A stretch of 64,000 bases of DNA from Endomicrobiales bacterium (GTDB lineage: Bacteria > Elusimicrobiota > Endomicrobiia > Endomicrobiales > JAFGIL01): positions 13,606 through 77,605 of the forward strand of contig JAFGIL010000047.1 of assembly GCA_016929635.1 (NCBI GenBank), given 5' to 3'. Every line of letters starts with the position of its first letter. Position 1 is the stretch's first letter. Of the stretch, positions 9,544 through 18,971 are shown piece after piece. Under the pieces are notes generated by a model. That model was not told the DNA's origin, did not search any database, and was given only the letters and a program-made list of their open reading frames with translations. Both the position numbers and the translations under genes were made by a program.

Positions 9544-10524
9544 ATGGATGAAAAGGAACTGCAGGGTATAATAAAAGCTTTTGGTGCGCTAAAAGCTTTT
9601 AAACAGCTGGTTTTGGATTTTTATAATGTTTGCCTTGATCTTTGGAAAGAAGATGAGGGTTTCTGGGAATCATTAATTAATGAAAAAAAGCTTCATGTAA
9701 ATAGCATTGAAAAAATGTTGGAAATCATAGAGAATGATCCTAAAAATTTTGATATGGGAGAACCTTTCCGTATTGATATAATAAACTCTTTTATTTCGGA
9801 TATTGAAGGAACCATCAACAGGCTAAAAAAGGGAAGTCTTTCCAAAAAAGAGACGCTGGTTACCGCAAGAAATTTTGAGCAGTCTTCAGTAGGGATAAAA
9901 TACAGCGAGATTGTAAAAACGAATAATACGGAGTTTCTTTCACTGGCAAGAGAAATAGTATCCCAGACTGTTTTACACAAAGGGAAACTGAATAAAAGAA
10001 TAAACGACATGGAAAGCGGGATATGGGAGCCAAAGCCGAAAATAAAGGAAGCCAGAGAAACAAAAACCCCGGTACATATGGGCAAGAGCTTAAAGGATGA
10101 TTTTTCCAGTGCTGAGGAAATGATTAAAAAATATCACAGCCAGCTCAAGGAATATCTGGATTTTTTAAAGAAGCTTGAAGGCGGGATTCAGAAGCACAGC
10201 GTCTGGATGCATATTGAAAGAATTGAGAAATTTATGAAGAAGGACGTTGAGGAACATTTCAAATATGAGGAAGAGGAAGTATTTCCCGGTGTGCTGCAAA
10301 CAACAGAAAACCGGGAAGTAAAAGATGCGGTTGATTATTTAATCGAAGAACATAAACGGTTACTTGCAGGTGTCGAAGAGTTCGAAAGCCTGGTGTACGG
10401 TGAAGTATTTCCTTTACCTAAGGCAAAGATTGAGAAGCTAAACAGCTTTCTTGAAGATTTTATAGATTCCTCTTCAAAACATATGCTTAAAGAAGAAGAA
10501 AAAATCCTACCGTTATTGAAATAA
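9544..10524 (+). CDS. Degenerate ferritin/rubrerythrin-like domain fused to a hemerythrin (HHE) domain
   Basis: C-half has YH..., EEHFKYEEEEVFP, EEHKRL and KHMLKEEEKILP (H-HxxxE-H-HxxxE); N-half FWESLINEKKLH...ARNFEQS resembles a ferritin-like four-helix bundle. Confidence 0.7.
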   Translation: MDEKELQGIIKAFGALKAFKQLVLDFYNVCLDLWKEDEGFWESLINEKKLHVNSIEKMLEIIENDPKNFDMGEPFRIDIINSFISDIEGTINRLKKGSLSKKETLVTARNFEQSSVGIKYSEIVKTNNTEFLSLAREIVSQTVLHKGKLNKRINDMESGIWEPKPKIKEARETKTPVHMGKSLKDDFSSAEEMIKKYHSQLKEYLDFLKKLEGGIQKHSVWMHIERIEKFMKKDVEEHFKYEEEEVFPGVLQTTENREVKDAVDYLIEEHKRLLAGVEEFESLVYGEVFPLPKAKIEKLNSFLEDFIDSSSKHMLKEEEKILPLLK

Positions 10525-10538
10525 ACAAGATAAAATTT

Positions 10539-11135
10539 ATGAAACTGGCCGTTGATATTGTTTTACTGCCGTCAGAAGAAATAACTGATAAGGCAATCGA
10601 GCTTAATAAGATTCTAGTAAAGGAGTTTAAAAGCAAAATAACTCTTAATAAGAAAGATTTTTTGCCGCATATATCTTTGGCTATGGGAGTCCTTGCTGAA
10701 AAGGATTTGTCAGATGTTAAAGAAAAACTTGCCGGAATATCCAGGGAGTTTGGCAGGATGGAGCTTGAAATCCGTGAAGTTGTGGCAAATGAATATTCAG
10801 ATAAAAAGATTTCTGTAATTAACATGAATAGAACATCCAAACTTCAAAAACTGCATGAAAGGATTATGAAGGTAGCATCAAGTTATTTTACTTATGACGC
10901 TAAAATGGAAATGCTGTATATGCCGGATGGATTAGATGAAAGTGCGCTGCGCTGGATAAATAACTATCCGAAAGATTCCGCTTTTGAAAGTTTTGAACCT
11001 CATATCACGCTTGGTTATGGCGAGTTAAACGGTGTTGAGGTTCCCGTACGTTTTAGCTCTTCAAAGCTTGCCTTGTGCCACTTGGGAAACAACTGCACCT
11101 GCAGAAAAATTCTTGCATCTTTCAACTTATCCTAA
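10539..11135 (+). CDS. 2H phosphoesterase / 2'-5' RNA ligase family protein
   Basis: Two HxS/T motifs: PHISL and PHITL. Confidence 0.8.
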   Translation: MKLAVDIVLLPSEEITDKAIELNKILVKEFKSKITLNKKDFLPHISLAMGVLAEKDLSDVKEKLAGISREFGRMELEIREVVANEYSDKKISVINMNRTSKLQKLHERIMKVASSYFTYDAKMEMLYMPDGLDESALRWINNYPKDSAFESFEPHITLGYGELNGVEVPVRFSSSKLALCHLGNNCTCRKILASFNLS

Positions 11136-11137
11136 AA

Positions 11138-12202
11138 TCATTCCGAATATTTTTTTAATATATTCAGAGAATTTTCCTTATTTAGGTAGTCAGACTTAAA
11201 AATAATAAACCCTGACGATTTACTTTTATTTAAATAATTCAACATATCCTTAAAATCCTTATCGGTTATATTTTGAGTATGAATTATCGGAACAATATCT
11301 TTCTTGGTAATATCAGAGGCATAGTTTGTAAATTCGTATATCCATTTGGATGGTTTATTGCATAGTTTATGATAAACCATCGGGGAAAACAAATCCACGA
11401 ATTTGTCCAGGCTTTTATAATCCTGACATATGATTTCTTCTATCGCATTATTGTAATCGGTTGTTTTCCAAGGAACCGAAAAAATACCTAGAATAACGCC
11501 TGGTTTTGTCTTATCGATGGTTTTTTTTGCGTCGCTTACAAATGATGTGATATTTTCGCACTTCCATTTGATCCAGAGGTCTTTATGGTTTTTTAATATC
11601 CATCCGGCTTTATTTTTTACGGTTTTTAGATGTTGGGGGATTTCTATTTTTGCATCTCTTTGAAAACCGGATAAACATGTATCGCAGAAGCAGGTTTCTT
11701 CAATCTTTGGCTCAGGAACCTCCCAGTGGCACGGATACCTGGTAAAATCCAGCCAGATCCCATCTACATTATAATTATTAACTAAAAATTCAATATGTTT
11801 TAACTTTTTATCTCTTAGCCATTTTTGGGTAGGGCACAGCCCCGCATACCACTTTATTTGAGATATTTTATCACCAGCGCTGTTTATCGGGATTGTTTCA
11901 GGATTTGATTTCCAGTAGCTGGAGCCTGCAAATACAGCCACTTCAACAAATACTTTTATGCCCTGTTCATGCAAAGCATCAACGAATTCTTTGTCTCTAT
12001 AGTCGCAGAATACAGCGTTTATGCCAAGATTTTTTAGCTTTTTTGCAACATCCTTTACATTTTTGCCTATATATGGTTCATCTTCCGAACTGAATCCATA
12101 TATCGCCTTGATGTTCCCTATATTTTTAGCAGTTATCCTGGATGATGCGGATATCAGAATAAACAGAAACAGGGACAGGCACGTTATTTTTTTTAAATTC
12201 AT
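11138..12202 (-). CDS. Exported glycoside hydrolase-like TIM-barrel protein (GHL10/YddW-like)
   Basis: Signal peptide; YNVDGIWLDFTRYP motif, C.CDTC, FSPMVYH. Confidence 0.7.
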   Translation of the reverse strand: MNLKKITCLSLFLFILISASSRITAKNIGNIKAIYGFSSEDEPYIGKNVKDVAKKLKNLGINAVFCDYRDKEFVDALHEQGIKVFVEVAVFAGSSYWKSNPETIPINSAGDKISQIKWYAGLCPTQKWLRDKKLKHIEFLVNNYNVDGIWLDFTRYPCHWEVPEPKIEETCFCDTCLSGFQRDAKIEIPQHLKTVKNKAGWILKNHKDLWIKWKCENITSFVSDAKKTIDKTKPGVILGIFSVPWKTTDYNNAIEEIICQDYKSLDKFVDLFSPMVYHKLCNKPSKWIYEFTNYASDITKKDIVPIIHTQNITDKDFKDMLNYLNKSKSSGFIIFKSDYLNKENSLNILKKYSE

Positions 12203-12249
12203 AATACAGATAATATAACAAATCTTTTATAAGAAAGAAAGGCGATTTA

Positions 12250-12278
12250 TTGATATTATATTCCATAATTGATAGAAT
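12250..12278 (+). promoter_or_regulatory. sigma70-type promoter (extended -10) for the EndoQ-UvrD gene
   Basis: TTGATA-17 nt-TAGAAT with TG extension. Confidence 0.55.
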
Positions 12279-12345
12279 TGTTCAGTATATTGTTGGAATC
12301 TGACGTTGCTAAACGGCACGTTTTAAAAAATATGAGAGAAAAGCT

Positions 12346-15300
12346 ATGCGTTTTATAGCGGATATGCACATTCATTCGCATTACTCTATAGCAACAAGCA
12401 AGAAATTAACTCCGGAACACCTGGATTACTGGGCGCAGTTAAAGGGTATTGATGTTGTCGGTACAGGGGACTGTGTTCATCCGGGATGGCTGAGCGAGTT
12501 AAAGGAAAAATTGGAGCCAAAAGGCAACGGTTTGTTCCAGCTTAAAGAAGAATATAAGTTAAAAGAGCCTCATTTTTATCTGCCTAAAAAAACCAGAAAA
12601 GACGTCAGCTTCATGCTCACCGGTGAGATCAGCAGTATTTATAAAAAAAGAGATAGAGTAAGAAAGATTCACAACCTGTGTGTGTTCCCGGATTTTGAGA
12701 GCGCGGAAAAAATTCAGAACAAACTCTCCAGGATGGGTAATATTAAATCGGACGGCCGGCCGATACTGGGCATTGATGCAAAAGACATTCTGGAAATGAC
12801 TCTGGAAACATCACAGCTTTCATATCTTATCCCAGCTCATATCTGGACTCCGTGGTTTTCTCTTTTGGGCGCGAAATCAGGGTTTAACAGCATTGAAGAA
12901 TGTTTTGAAGACCTTTCTGAGCATATTTTTGCCGTGGAAACAGGATTATCCAGTGATCCTCCAATGAACTGGGCGTGCAGTTTTCTGGATAATGTCAGGC
13001 TCGTTTCAAACTCGGATGCACACTCGCCGGAAAAACTGGGCAGGGAAGCGAACATCTTTGACGCCGAGTTAAGTTATAAGGGAATTCATGATGCTTTGAA
13101 GTATGATAAGGGTTTTTTGGGAACAATAGAGTTCTTTCCGCAGGAAGGCAAATATCATTATGACGGCCATAGAAAGTGCGGGATTTGCTGGGACCCTGTT
13201 GAGACAATAAAGAATGAGGAGATTTGCCCTGTATGCAAAAAACCAATAACAAAAGGTGTAATGTACAGGATAGCGGAACTTGCGGACCGCTCCAGAATCG
13301 GAGAAGCAAAAAATAAAAAAGACTTTTATTCCATAACCTCATTACCATCACTTGTTGCAGAAATGGAAAATGTGGAACCAACATCAAAGAAGGTAAACCA
13401 GGCTTATTTTAAGATACTGGAAAACGTAGGCTCTGATTTTGATACTCTTCTATTCAAGGATTTATCCGAAATTAAAAAGCAGGGAGGGGATTTACTGGTA
13501 GAGGGAGTAAAAAGGATGAGGAATAGAAATATTAACATACAGGAAGGATTTGACGGTGAGTTCGGCAGGATAACCGTTTTTGATAAAGACGAAGTAAAAG
13601 GTTTCGGACTCGACTCCCTTTTTTTTCAGGTAAAAGAACGAGAAAAGAAATATTCGGACAACCAGCCTAAATACAGCATAAAGTTCGATATCGATACATT
13701 TAAGAAAGCATATAAGGAAAAAACAGCAACAGGTGCAGATTCATCTGCCCGAACTAAAGCGGATTCCAGGCACTCAAAAGAGGAAGGCAGTCAATTTAAA
13801 GCTATAACCCACAAAAATGGCGCGTGTTTGGTTACAGCAGGTCCTGGTTCAGGCAAAACTCATGTATTGACCGAGAGAATCGCTTACCTGATAAAAGAAA
13901 AAAGTATTCCGCAGGAAAATATTCTGGCAATAACTTTTTCTAACAAAGCTGCGGAGGAGATGAGGAGTCGCGTAAAAGAAAAAATTGCGGATTTTACTGT
14001 GAATATTTTAACTTTTCATGCCTTTGGGCTTTCTGTATTGAAAAGATATCCTAAACACTTCGGCAGGAACAAAGGTTTTAAGATTACAGATGAAGATGAA
14101 AGAGGGGATATTTTAAAAGATAAAAAGACATTAAAACTTATTTCATCTTACAAACAAGGGGTATTAGCCAAGGATAAAATAGATGAAAGTGATATTAATG
14201 AATACGAAGAGACCCTGAAAAAACAAAATTCGTTTGACCTGGATGATTTAATATTTCTGCCGGTGAAGCTTTTTAAGGAAGATAAGGAAATACTGGAGGA
14301 TTACAAAAAACAATACAGGCATATCCTGGTAGATGAGTTCCAGGATGTTAATCCTGTGCAGTTTGAGCTGTTAAGGCTTTTAGCACCGGATGACACCAGC
14401 AACCTTTTTGTAATAGGGGATCCTGACCAGGCAATTTATGGTTTCAGGGGGTCGGATGTCAAATTCATCAAAGAGTTTCAAAAGAATTATTCTAAAGCCG
14501 TTGTTATATATCTGTCAAAAAGTTACAGATGTCCGTCACCTGTACTGAAAATTGCCGGCCAGGTTTTGGACAAGAAAGACGTTTTAAAGGGGAAATCAAG
14601 TAATATTAAAATCAGTATAAGAGAGTGTGAAACGGATAAAAGCGAAGCAGACCTAGTTGCATCGCAGATTGAAAAGATGATAGGCGGGACCAGGAGCTTT
14701 TCGATTGACAGCGGCATGTCAGACGGCGATGAAACGGAAAGTATTAAAAGCTTTTCTGATTTTGCTGTTCTCTGCAGGTCCAGTCTGATGTTCGGGCCCA
14801 TAACAGCCTCCCTGGAAAAACACGGCATACCTTATCAGGTTATAGGAGCGGAACCTTTTTACAGGCAGGAGCCGTTTAAAGGGCTCCTTGCTAGGTTAAA
14901 AGGAAATTATGCAAAAGGCAAGAAAAATATCTCAGATGTTTTATATGATTTAATAAAAGATGAGGAAGATATATCAGACATTGACAAAAAAAGATTTGTA
15001 GAAATGGGAAATGGTTTTAATAATGATTATGAGTCATTTTTCAGGGCAATAGCAATGCGTGATCCCATAGATGAATTTAGCACTAAAAAGGAAGCGGTAT
15101 CGGTTATGACTATGCATGCTTCCAAGGGTTTGGAGTTCAACGCAGTCTTTGTTTGCGGATGCGAGCAGGGAATAATTCCGTTTGAAGTATTCGGGAAAAG
15201 GACCGAAGATGAATTAGAAGAGGAAGAAAGGCTGTTTTATGTAGCCGCCACAAGAACTAAAAATTTTCTATTTTTAAGTTATGCAAAAAAACGCGTGTTT

Positions 15301-15426
15301 AAAAACCGTTTATTGATGCAAAAGAAAAGCTCCTTTTTAAATCGTCTTGAAAAAAACCTGATTGATGCAAAAGCGAGAACATCAAAGAGGCGTGATCAAC
15401 AGCTGGATTTTTCACTTTTTAAATAA
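12346..15426 (+). CDS. Endonuclease Q-like PHP domain fused to UvrD/PcrA-type SF1A helicase
   Basis: N-term ADMHIHSHYS, GTGD, PAHIWTPWFS, ETGLSSD, NSDAHS and C4 zinc finger (CGIC...CPVC); C-term AGPGSGKT, TFSNKAA, VDEFQD, GDPDQAIYGFRG, SYR, TMHASKGLEF, EEERLFYVAATR. Confidence 0.9.
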   Translation: MRFIADMHIHSHYSIATSKKLTPEHLDYWAQLKGIDVVGTGDCVHPGWLSELKEKLEPKGNGLFQLKEEYKLKEPHFYLPKKTRKDVSFMLTGEISSIYKKRDRVRKIHNLCVFPDFESAEKIQNKLSRMGNIKSDGRPILGIDAKDILEMTLETSQLSYLIPAHIWTPWFSLLGAKSGFNSIEECFEDLSEHIFAVETGLSSDPPMNWACSFLDNVRLVSNSDAHSPEKLGREANIFDAELSYKGIHDALKYDKGFLGTIEFFPQEGKYHYDGHRKCGICWDPVETIKNEEICPVCKKPITKGVMYRIAELADRSRIGEAKNKKDFYSITSLPSLVAEMENVEPTSKKVNQAYFKILENVGSDFDTLLFKDLSEIKKQGGDLLVEGVKRMRNRNINIQEGFDGEFGRITVFDKDEVKGFGLDSLFFQVKEREKKYSDNQPKYSIKFDIDTFKKAYKEKTATGADSSARTKADSRHSKEEGSQFKAITHKNGACLVTAGPGSGKTHVLTERIAYLIKEKSIPQENILAITFSNKAAEEMRSRVKEKIADFTVNILTFHAFGLSVLKRYPKHFGRNKGFKITDEDERGDILKDKKTLKLISSYKQGVLAKDKIDESDINEYEETLKKQNSFDLDDLIFLPVKLFKEDKEILEDYKKQYRHILVDEFQDVNPVQFELLRLLAPDDTSNLFVIGDPDQAIYGFRGSDVKFIKEFQKNYSKAVVIYLSKSYRCPSPVLKIAGQVLDKKDVLKGKSSNIKISIRECETDKSEADLVASQIEKMIGGTRSFSIDSGMSDGDETESIKSFSDFAVLCRSSLMFGPITASLEKHGIPYQVIGAEPFYRQEPFKGLLARLKGNYAKGKKNISDVLYDLIKDEEDISDIDKKRFVEMGNGFNNDYESFFRAIAMRDPIDEFSTKKEAVSVMTMHASKGLEFNAVFVCGCEQGIIPFEVFGKRTEDELEEEERLFYVAATRTKNFLFLSYAKKRVFKNRLLMQKKSSFLNRLEKNLIDAKARTSKRRDQQLDFSLFK

Positions 15427-15474
15427 AATGTGCTAAAATGTTAACCTGAAACAATATCCAACGGAGGCTTTAAA

Positions 15475-16254
15475 ATGAAAACAAAAATTTATTACTTCTC
15501 GGGTACGGGAAATTCACTGGCTGTAGCAAAAGAATTAGCAGGCGGGATTGCTGATGCCGAGTTGATTCCGATAACCTACAGTTTTGACCATAGCCAGAAA
15601 ATAGACGATGTAAAGGTAGGCCTTGTTTTTCCCGTCTATTGCTGGGGCCCGCCTTTGATTGTGGTTGATTTTATAAAAAAGCTGAATGTTGACCCGGGAA
15701 CATACATTTTTACCGCAGCTACATACGGCGGCATGCTGGCTTATTCTTTAAAAATACTTCAAAAGCTGCTTAAGGAACGAAATCTAGAGCTTTCCGCGGG
15801 ATTTTCCATTAATATGCCGGGTAATTATGTGCCGTTATACAATGTATGGTCGGAGGAAAAGCAGAAACAGATTTTTGACAAGGCAAAAACAAAAATAAAA
15901 AAGATTGTTGATACTGTTAATGCGCAGGAAAGGTATAAAACCGAAACTAACCTGGGGCCTTTCGGGATGTTCCTTTCAAATGCTTTTTATTCCGGTATGA
16001 TGGGAAAAATGAAAGAGGCGGATAAATCTTTCTGGGTTGATGAAAAATGTAACAAATGTGAAATTTGCATAAAGATTTGTCCTGCAGGAAACATTAAGAT
16101 GAACGATGGTAAACTGGAGTGGCAGCATAAATGTGAGCAATGCCTGAGGTGTTTACACTGGTGCCCGGAAAAAGCCATTCAATTCGGCAAGAAAACACAA
16201 AGCAGGGGGCGTTACCACCATCCCGATACAAAAGTGCAGGATTTTATTTCATAA
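15475..16254 (+). CDS. EFR1-family flavodoxin-like/4Fe-4S ferredoxin
   Basis: YYFSGTGNS flavodoxin loop; CNKCEICIKICP and CEQCLRCLHWCP clusters; GGAGG RBS. Confidence 0.9.
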   Translation: MKTKIYYFSGTGNSLAVAKELAGGIADAELIPITYSFDHSQKIDDVKVGLVFPVYCWGPPLIVVDFIKKLNVDPGTYIFTAATYGGMLAYSLKILQKLLKERNLELSAGFSINMPGNYVPLYNVWSEEKQKQIFDKAKTKIKKIVDTVNAQERYKTETNLGPFGMFLSNAFYSGMMGKMKEADKSFWVDEKCNKCEICIKICPAGNIKMNDGKLEWQHKCEQCLRCLHWCPEKAIQFGKKTQSRGRYHHPDTKVQDFIS

Positions 16255-18870
16255 CTGAAGTTCCAGGACTTTTTTCTTAAGGTTTGATGCAACGTTCTGG
16301 TATTCGTCTTCTTCAAGTGAGGCTGCAAGCTCTCCGAAAGTTACACATTTGCCGAACTTTATGTTTATTTTTGATAACTTCGGCAGTTTCATTCCCCTGG
16401 CCCACGCCTTAAAAGAACCATCTATATAAACGGGTATAAGCGGCACGTTTAATTCTTTAGCCAGAATACCTATGCCTTTCTTGAATGATTTTATTGTCCC
16501 GTCAATCGAGAGTTCTCCTTCGGGAAAAATACACAGGGATTTTCCGTTTTTTACGAGAAAAGAAGCTGACTGCATGGAGTCTATCAGGTTAGTTGACGGG
16601 GCAATCGGAATAATTCTTCCGAACCTGGCAATTCTTCTGATTACGGTCCGGTCAAAATAATAGGGGTCTCCAAAGAAGAAGAGATTAAAACAGGTATCAA
16701 AGGGAACGCTGCATCCTACGATAAAGCCGTCAAGATAGCTTGCGTGGTTTGGGCAGATTATAAAAGGCCCGGAATCCGGAATGTTTTCCTTCCCCTCTAT
16801 TTTAATGGAATAAAAAAGCCTGAAAACAATGAATAAAAATATTTGAACCAAAAAGGTTGTTATTTTATTAAATAGTCCGGGCAGAAGTTCTATCTTGCTT
16901 AAAGCTTTCTTGTTTGGTTGGTCCTTAAGTATAGTTTTCCAGCTTATTGATTCATGTTTATCTTTTGTTAATATACCTTTTTCTGAGATGTTGTTAATCT
17001 CGTTTATCAGTTCCTTTACGGTAAAAACCCCAAGAATGCTTTTATCCGGGATGTCTATCCCGATACTTGCCTCAAGGCCAACAGCCAGTTCGACACGTCC
17101 CAGTGAATCGATGCCCAAATCCAGCTCCAGATGATCATAGATATTGATTTTTCTTTTTAGCGTTTTTGAAAGATAATCCACTACTTTTTTTGCTATACTT
17201 GAATTAAGAAGTTTTCTGTCTTGATCTGGTTCGATAAATGGTGTTTGTTTAACAGAAATGGAATTTTTATATTTTTCTTTAACTTCGAATCTTTTGATTT
17301 TTTTAAGCCTTGTGCGCGGCAGATCTTCGTTTGTAATCGTAAACCCCATAATATGTTTGTAGGGGCTGATTCTTCGGGAATAGTTTTCTAACTCCCATCG
17401 CAAAGTCCCCTCTATGTCTATTTTACCTTTTTTGCGGAAGTATTCCGGGTCCGGGGCTATAACAGCATGAAGCACTTCCGCTTCCTGCCCGAATTTAAAC
17501 TGTTTCTGGGCAAATACGCAGATTTCCTTTATATATGGAATTTGGCCGTAATACTCTTCGATTTCTTCAGGATATATATTTTTACCTGAACTTAACACTA
17601 TGACGTCTTTTTTTCTGCCTGTAAGGTGCAGATACCCTTCATCATCGGTGTATCCTAAATCGCCGGTGTAAAACCATCCTTCTTTTATGGCTTCTTTTGT
17701 TATCTCAGGTTTATTAAAATATCCGTTCATTACATTTGGGCCTTTTACGAGAATTTCGCCTATGCCGGAAGAATCGGGCTCGTTTATTTTTATCTCAACA
17801 TCGGGCAAAGGTTTTCCAACTGACCCGAATTTAGGCTTTTTAGGCGGGGTGAAAGTGACGACCGGAGATGTTTCAGTGAGCCCGTACCCTTCGATAAATT
17901 GAAATCCCAAAGATTTCAGATCCCTGCCGATTTTTGGTTCTAACCTTGCGCCCCCGGAAACCATCAGCCTGAGGGTGTTGCCGAATTTATTTCGAACCTT
18001 TAATTTAATCAGGGGGATAAAGAATATACTTAGAAATGAAGGCAGTTTTTTAAGCCTGTCAAATATGGTTTTATGAATCAGATAGAACAACTGGGGAACT
18101 CCTGTTAAGATTGTGACATTGCAGATATTTATTGTTTTAATAATATCCTCTGAACGAAGAGTCGGCGGATACGTTATTGATGCACCAATAAAAAATGGCA
18201 GAAGCAGGGTTATCATGAAGGAATAAGTGTGATATAAAGGTAATATTGATATCATGTTATCTTCGGACGTGCAGATATTAAGCTTTTGTATGCTTTTAAA
18301 ATTAGACAATAAGTTTGAATGGGTTAAACAGACTCCTTTCGGCTTTCCTGTTGTGCCTGAAGTATATATTAAAGAGGCGATTCTGTCCGGGTGAATGTCG
18401 GGGATTTTAAAGGGATCCTTCTTGAACCGTTCTTTTATCTTTTTAAAAGTAAGCTGGCTTGAGCCGTCTTCTTCTTTGCCTACTAAAACGGTTTTTTTAG
18501 GTGTTTTATTTAAATTGCAGTTTTTTGAAATGAAGGCTATCTGCGCTCCGCAATCATGTAGCAAATTATCGATTTCTTCGGAAGTAAGCTGGGGATCTAT
18601 GGGAACAGCCGTCAACCCTGCGCACATTATTCCGAAATATATCATTATCCACTCGGGGCGGTTTTCTAGGATTACGGCAACAAACTTGCTGTTTAGTTTG
18701 TCCGATTCAGAGCACAGAAACGCTGCGATTTTCAAGGCATTTTCTTCTATATCTTTAAATGTATATTTTGTTATAGAGAAGTCATCGTTGACCACTTGAA
18801 CGGCTGTTTTATTTGAGTGGTTATTGCAGGAATCCCTGAAAATATTTGATATTATAAGATTTCTGTCCAT
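16249..18870 (-). CDS. AMP-dependent acyl-activating enzyme fused to ACP and a PlsC-type acyltransferase
   Basis: YTSGTTGKPKGV, GYGLTE, TGDLG, GRKKD; LGIDSLGRVEL phosphopantetheine motif; NHASYLD and FPEG acyltransferase motifs. Confidence 0.9.
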   Translation of the reverse strand: MDRNLIISNIFRDSCNNHSNKTAVQVVNDDFSITKYTFKDIEENALKIAAFLCSESDKLNSKFVAVILENRPEWIMIYFGIMCAGLTAVPIDPQLTSEEIDNLLHDCGAQIAFISKNCNLNKTPKKTVLVGKEEDGSSQLTFKKIKERFKKDPFKIPDIHPDRIASLIYTSGTTGKPKGVCLTHSNLLSNFKSIQKLNICTSEDNMISILPLYHTYSFMITLLLPFFIGASITYPPTLRSEDIIKTINICNVTILTGVPQLFYLIHKTIFDRLKKLPSFLSIFFIPLIKLKVRNKFGNTLRLMVSGGARLEPKIGRDLKSLGFQFIEGYGLTETSPVVTFTPPKKPKFGSVGKPLPDVEIKINEPDSSGIGEILVKGPNVMNGYFNKPEITKEAIKEGWFYTGDLGYTDDEGYLHLTGRKKDVIVLSSGKNIYPEEIEEYYGQIPYIKEICVFAQKQFKFGQEAEVLHAVIAPDPEYFRKKGKIDIEGTLRWELENYSRRISPYKHIMGFTITNEDLPRTRLKKIKRFEVKEKYKNSISVKQTPFIEPDQDRKLLNSSIAKKVVDYLSKTLKRKINIYDHLELDLGIDSLGRVELAVGLEASIGIDIPDKSILGVFTVKELINEINNISEKGILTKDKHESISWKTILKDQPNKKALSKIELLPGLFNKITTFLVQIFLFIVFRLFYSIKIEGKENIPDSGPFIICPNHASYLDGFIVGCSVPFDTCFNLFFFGDPYYFDRTVIRRIARFGRIIPIAPSTNLIDSMQSASFLVKNGKSLCIFPEGELSIDGTIKSFKKGIGILAKELNVPLIPVYIDGSFKAWARGMKLPKLSKINIKFGKCVTFGELAASLEEDEYQNVASNLKKKVLELQL

Positions 18871-18911
18871 GGAACCAATTTTAGCAAATCACAAATTTAA
18901 AATAAAGACGA

Positions 18912-18940
18912 TTGACTACACCCCTATAACAATATATAAT
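18912..18940 (+). promoter_or_regulatory. sigma70-type promoter for pabBC
   Basis: TTGACT-17 nt-TATAAT. Confidence 0.65.
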
Positions 18941-18971
18941 ATCATTTACTTAAAATTTTAAGGGTATAGAA

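Noticed and set aside
16249-16254. Overlapping convergent stop codons (also 20872-20882) as a regulatory antisense system
   Set aside because: Short convergent overlaps are common in compact genomes and nothing else supports a function
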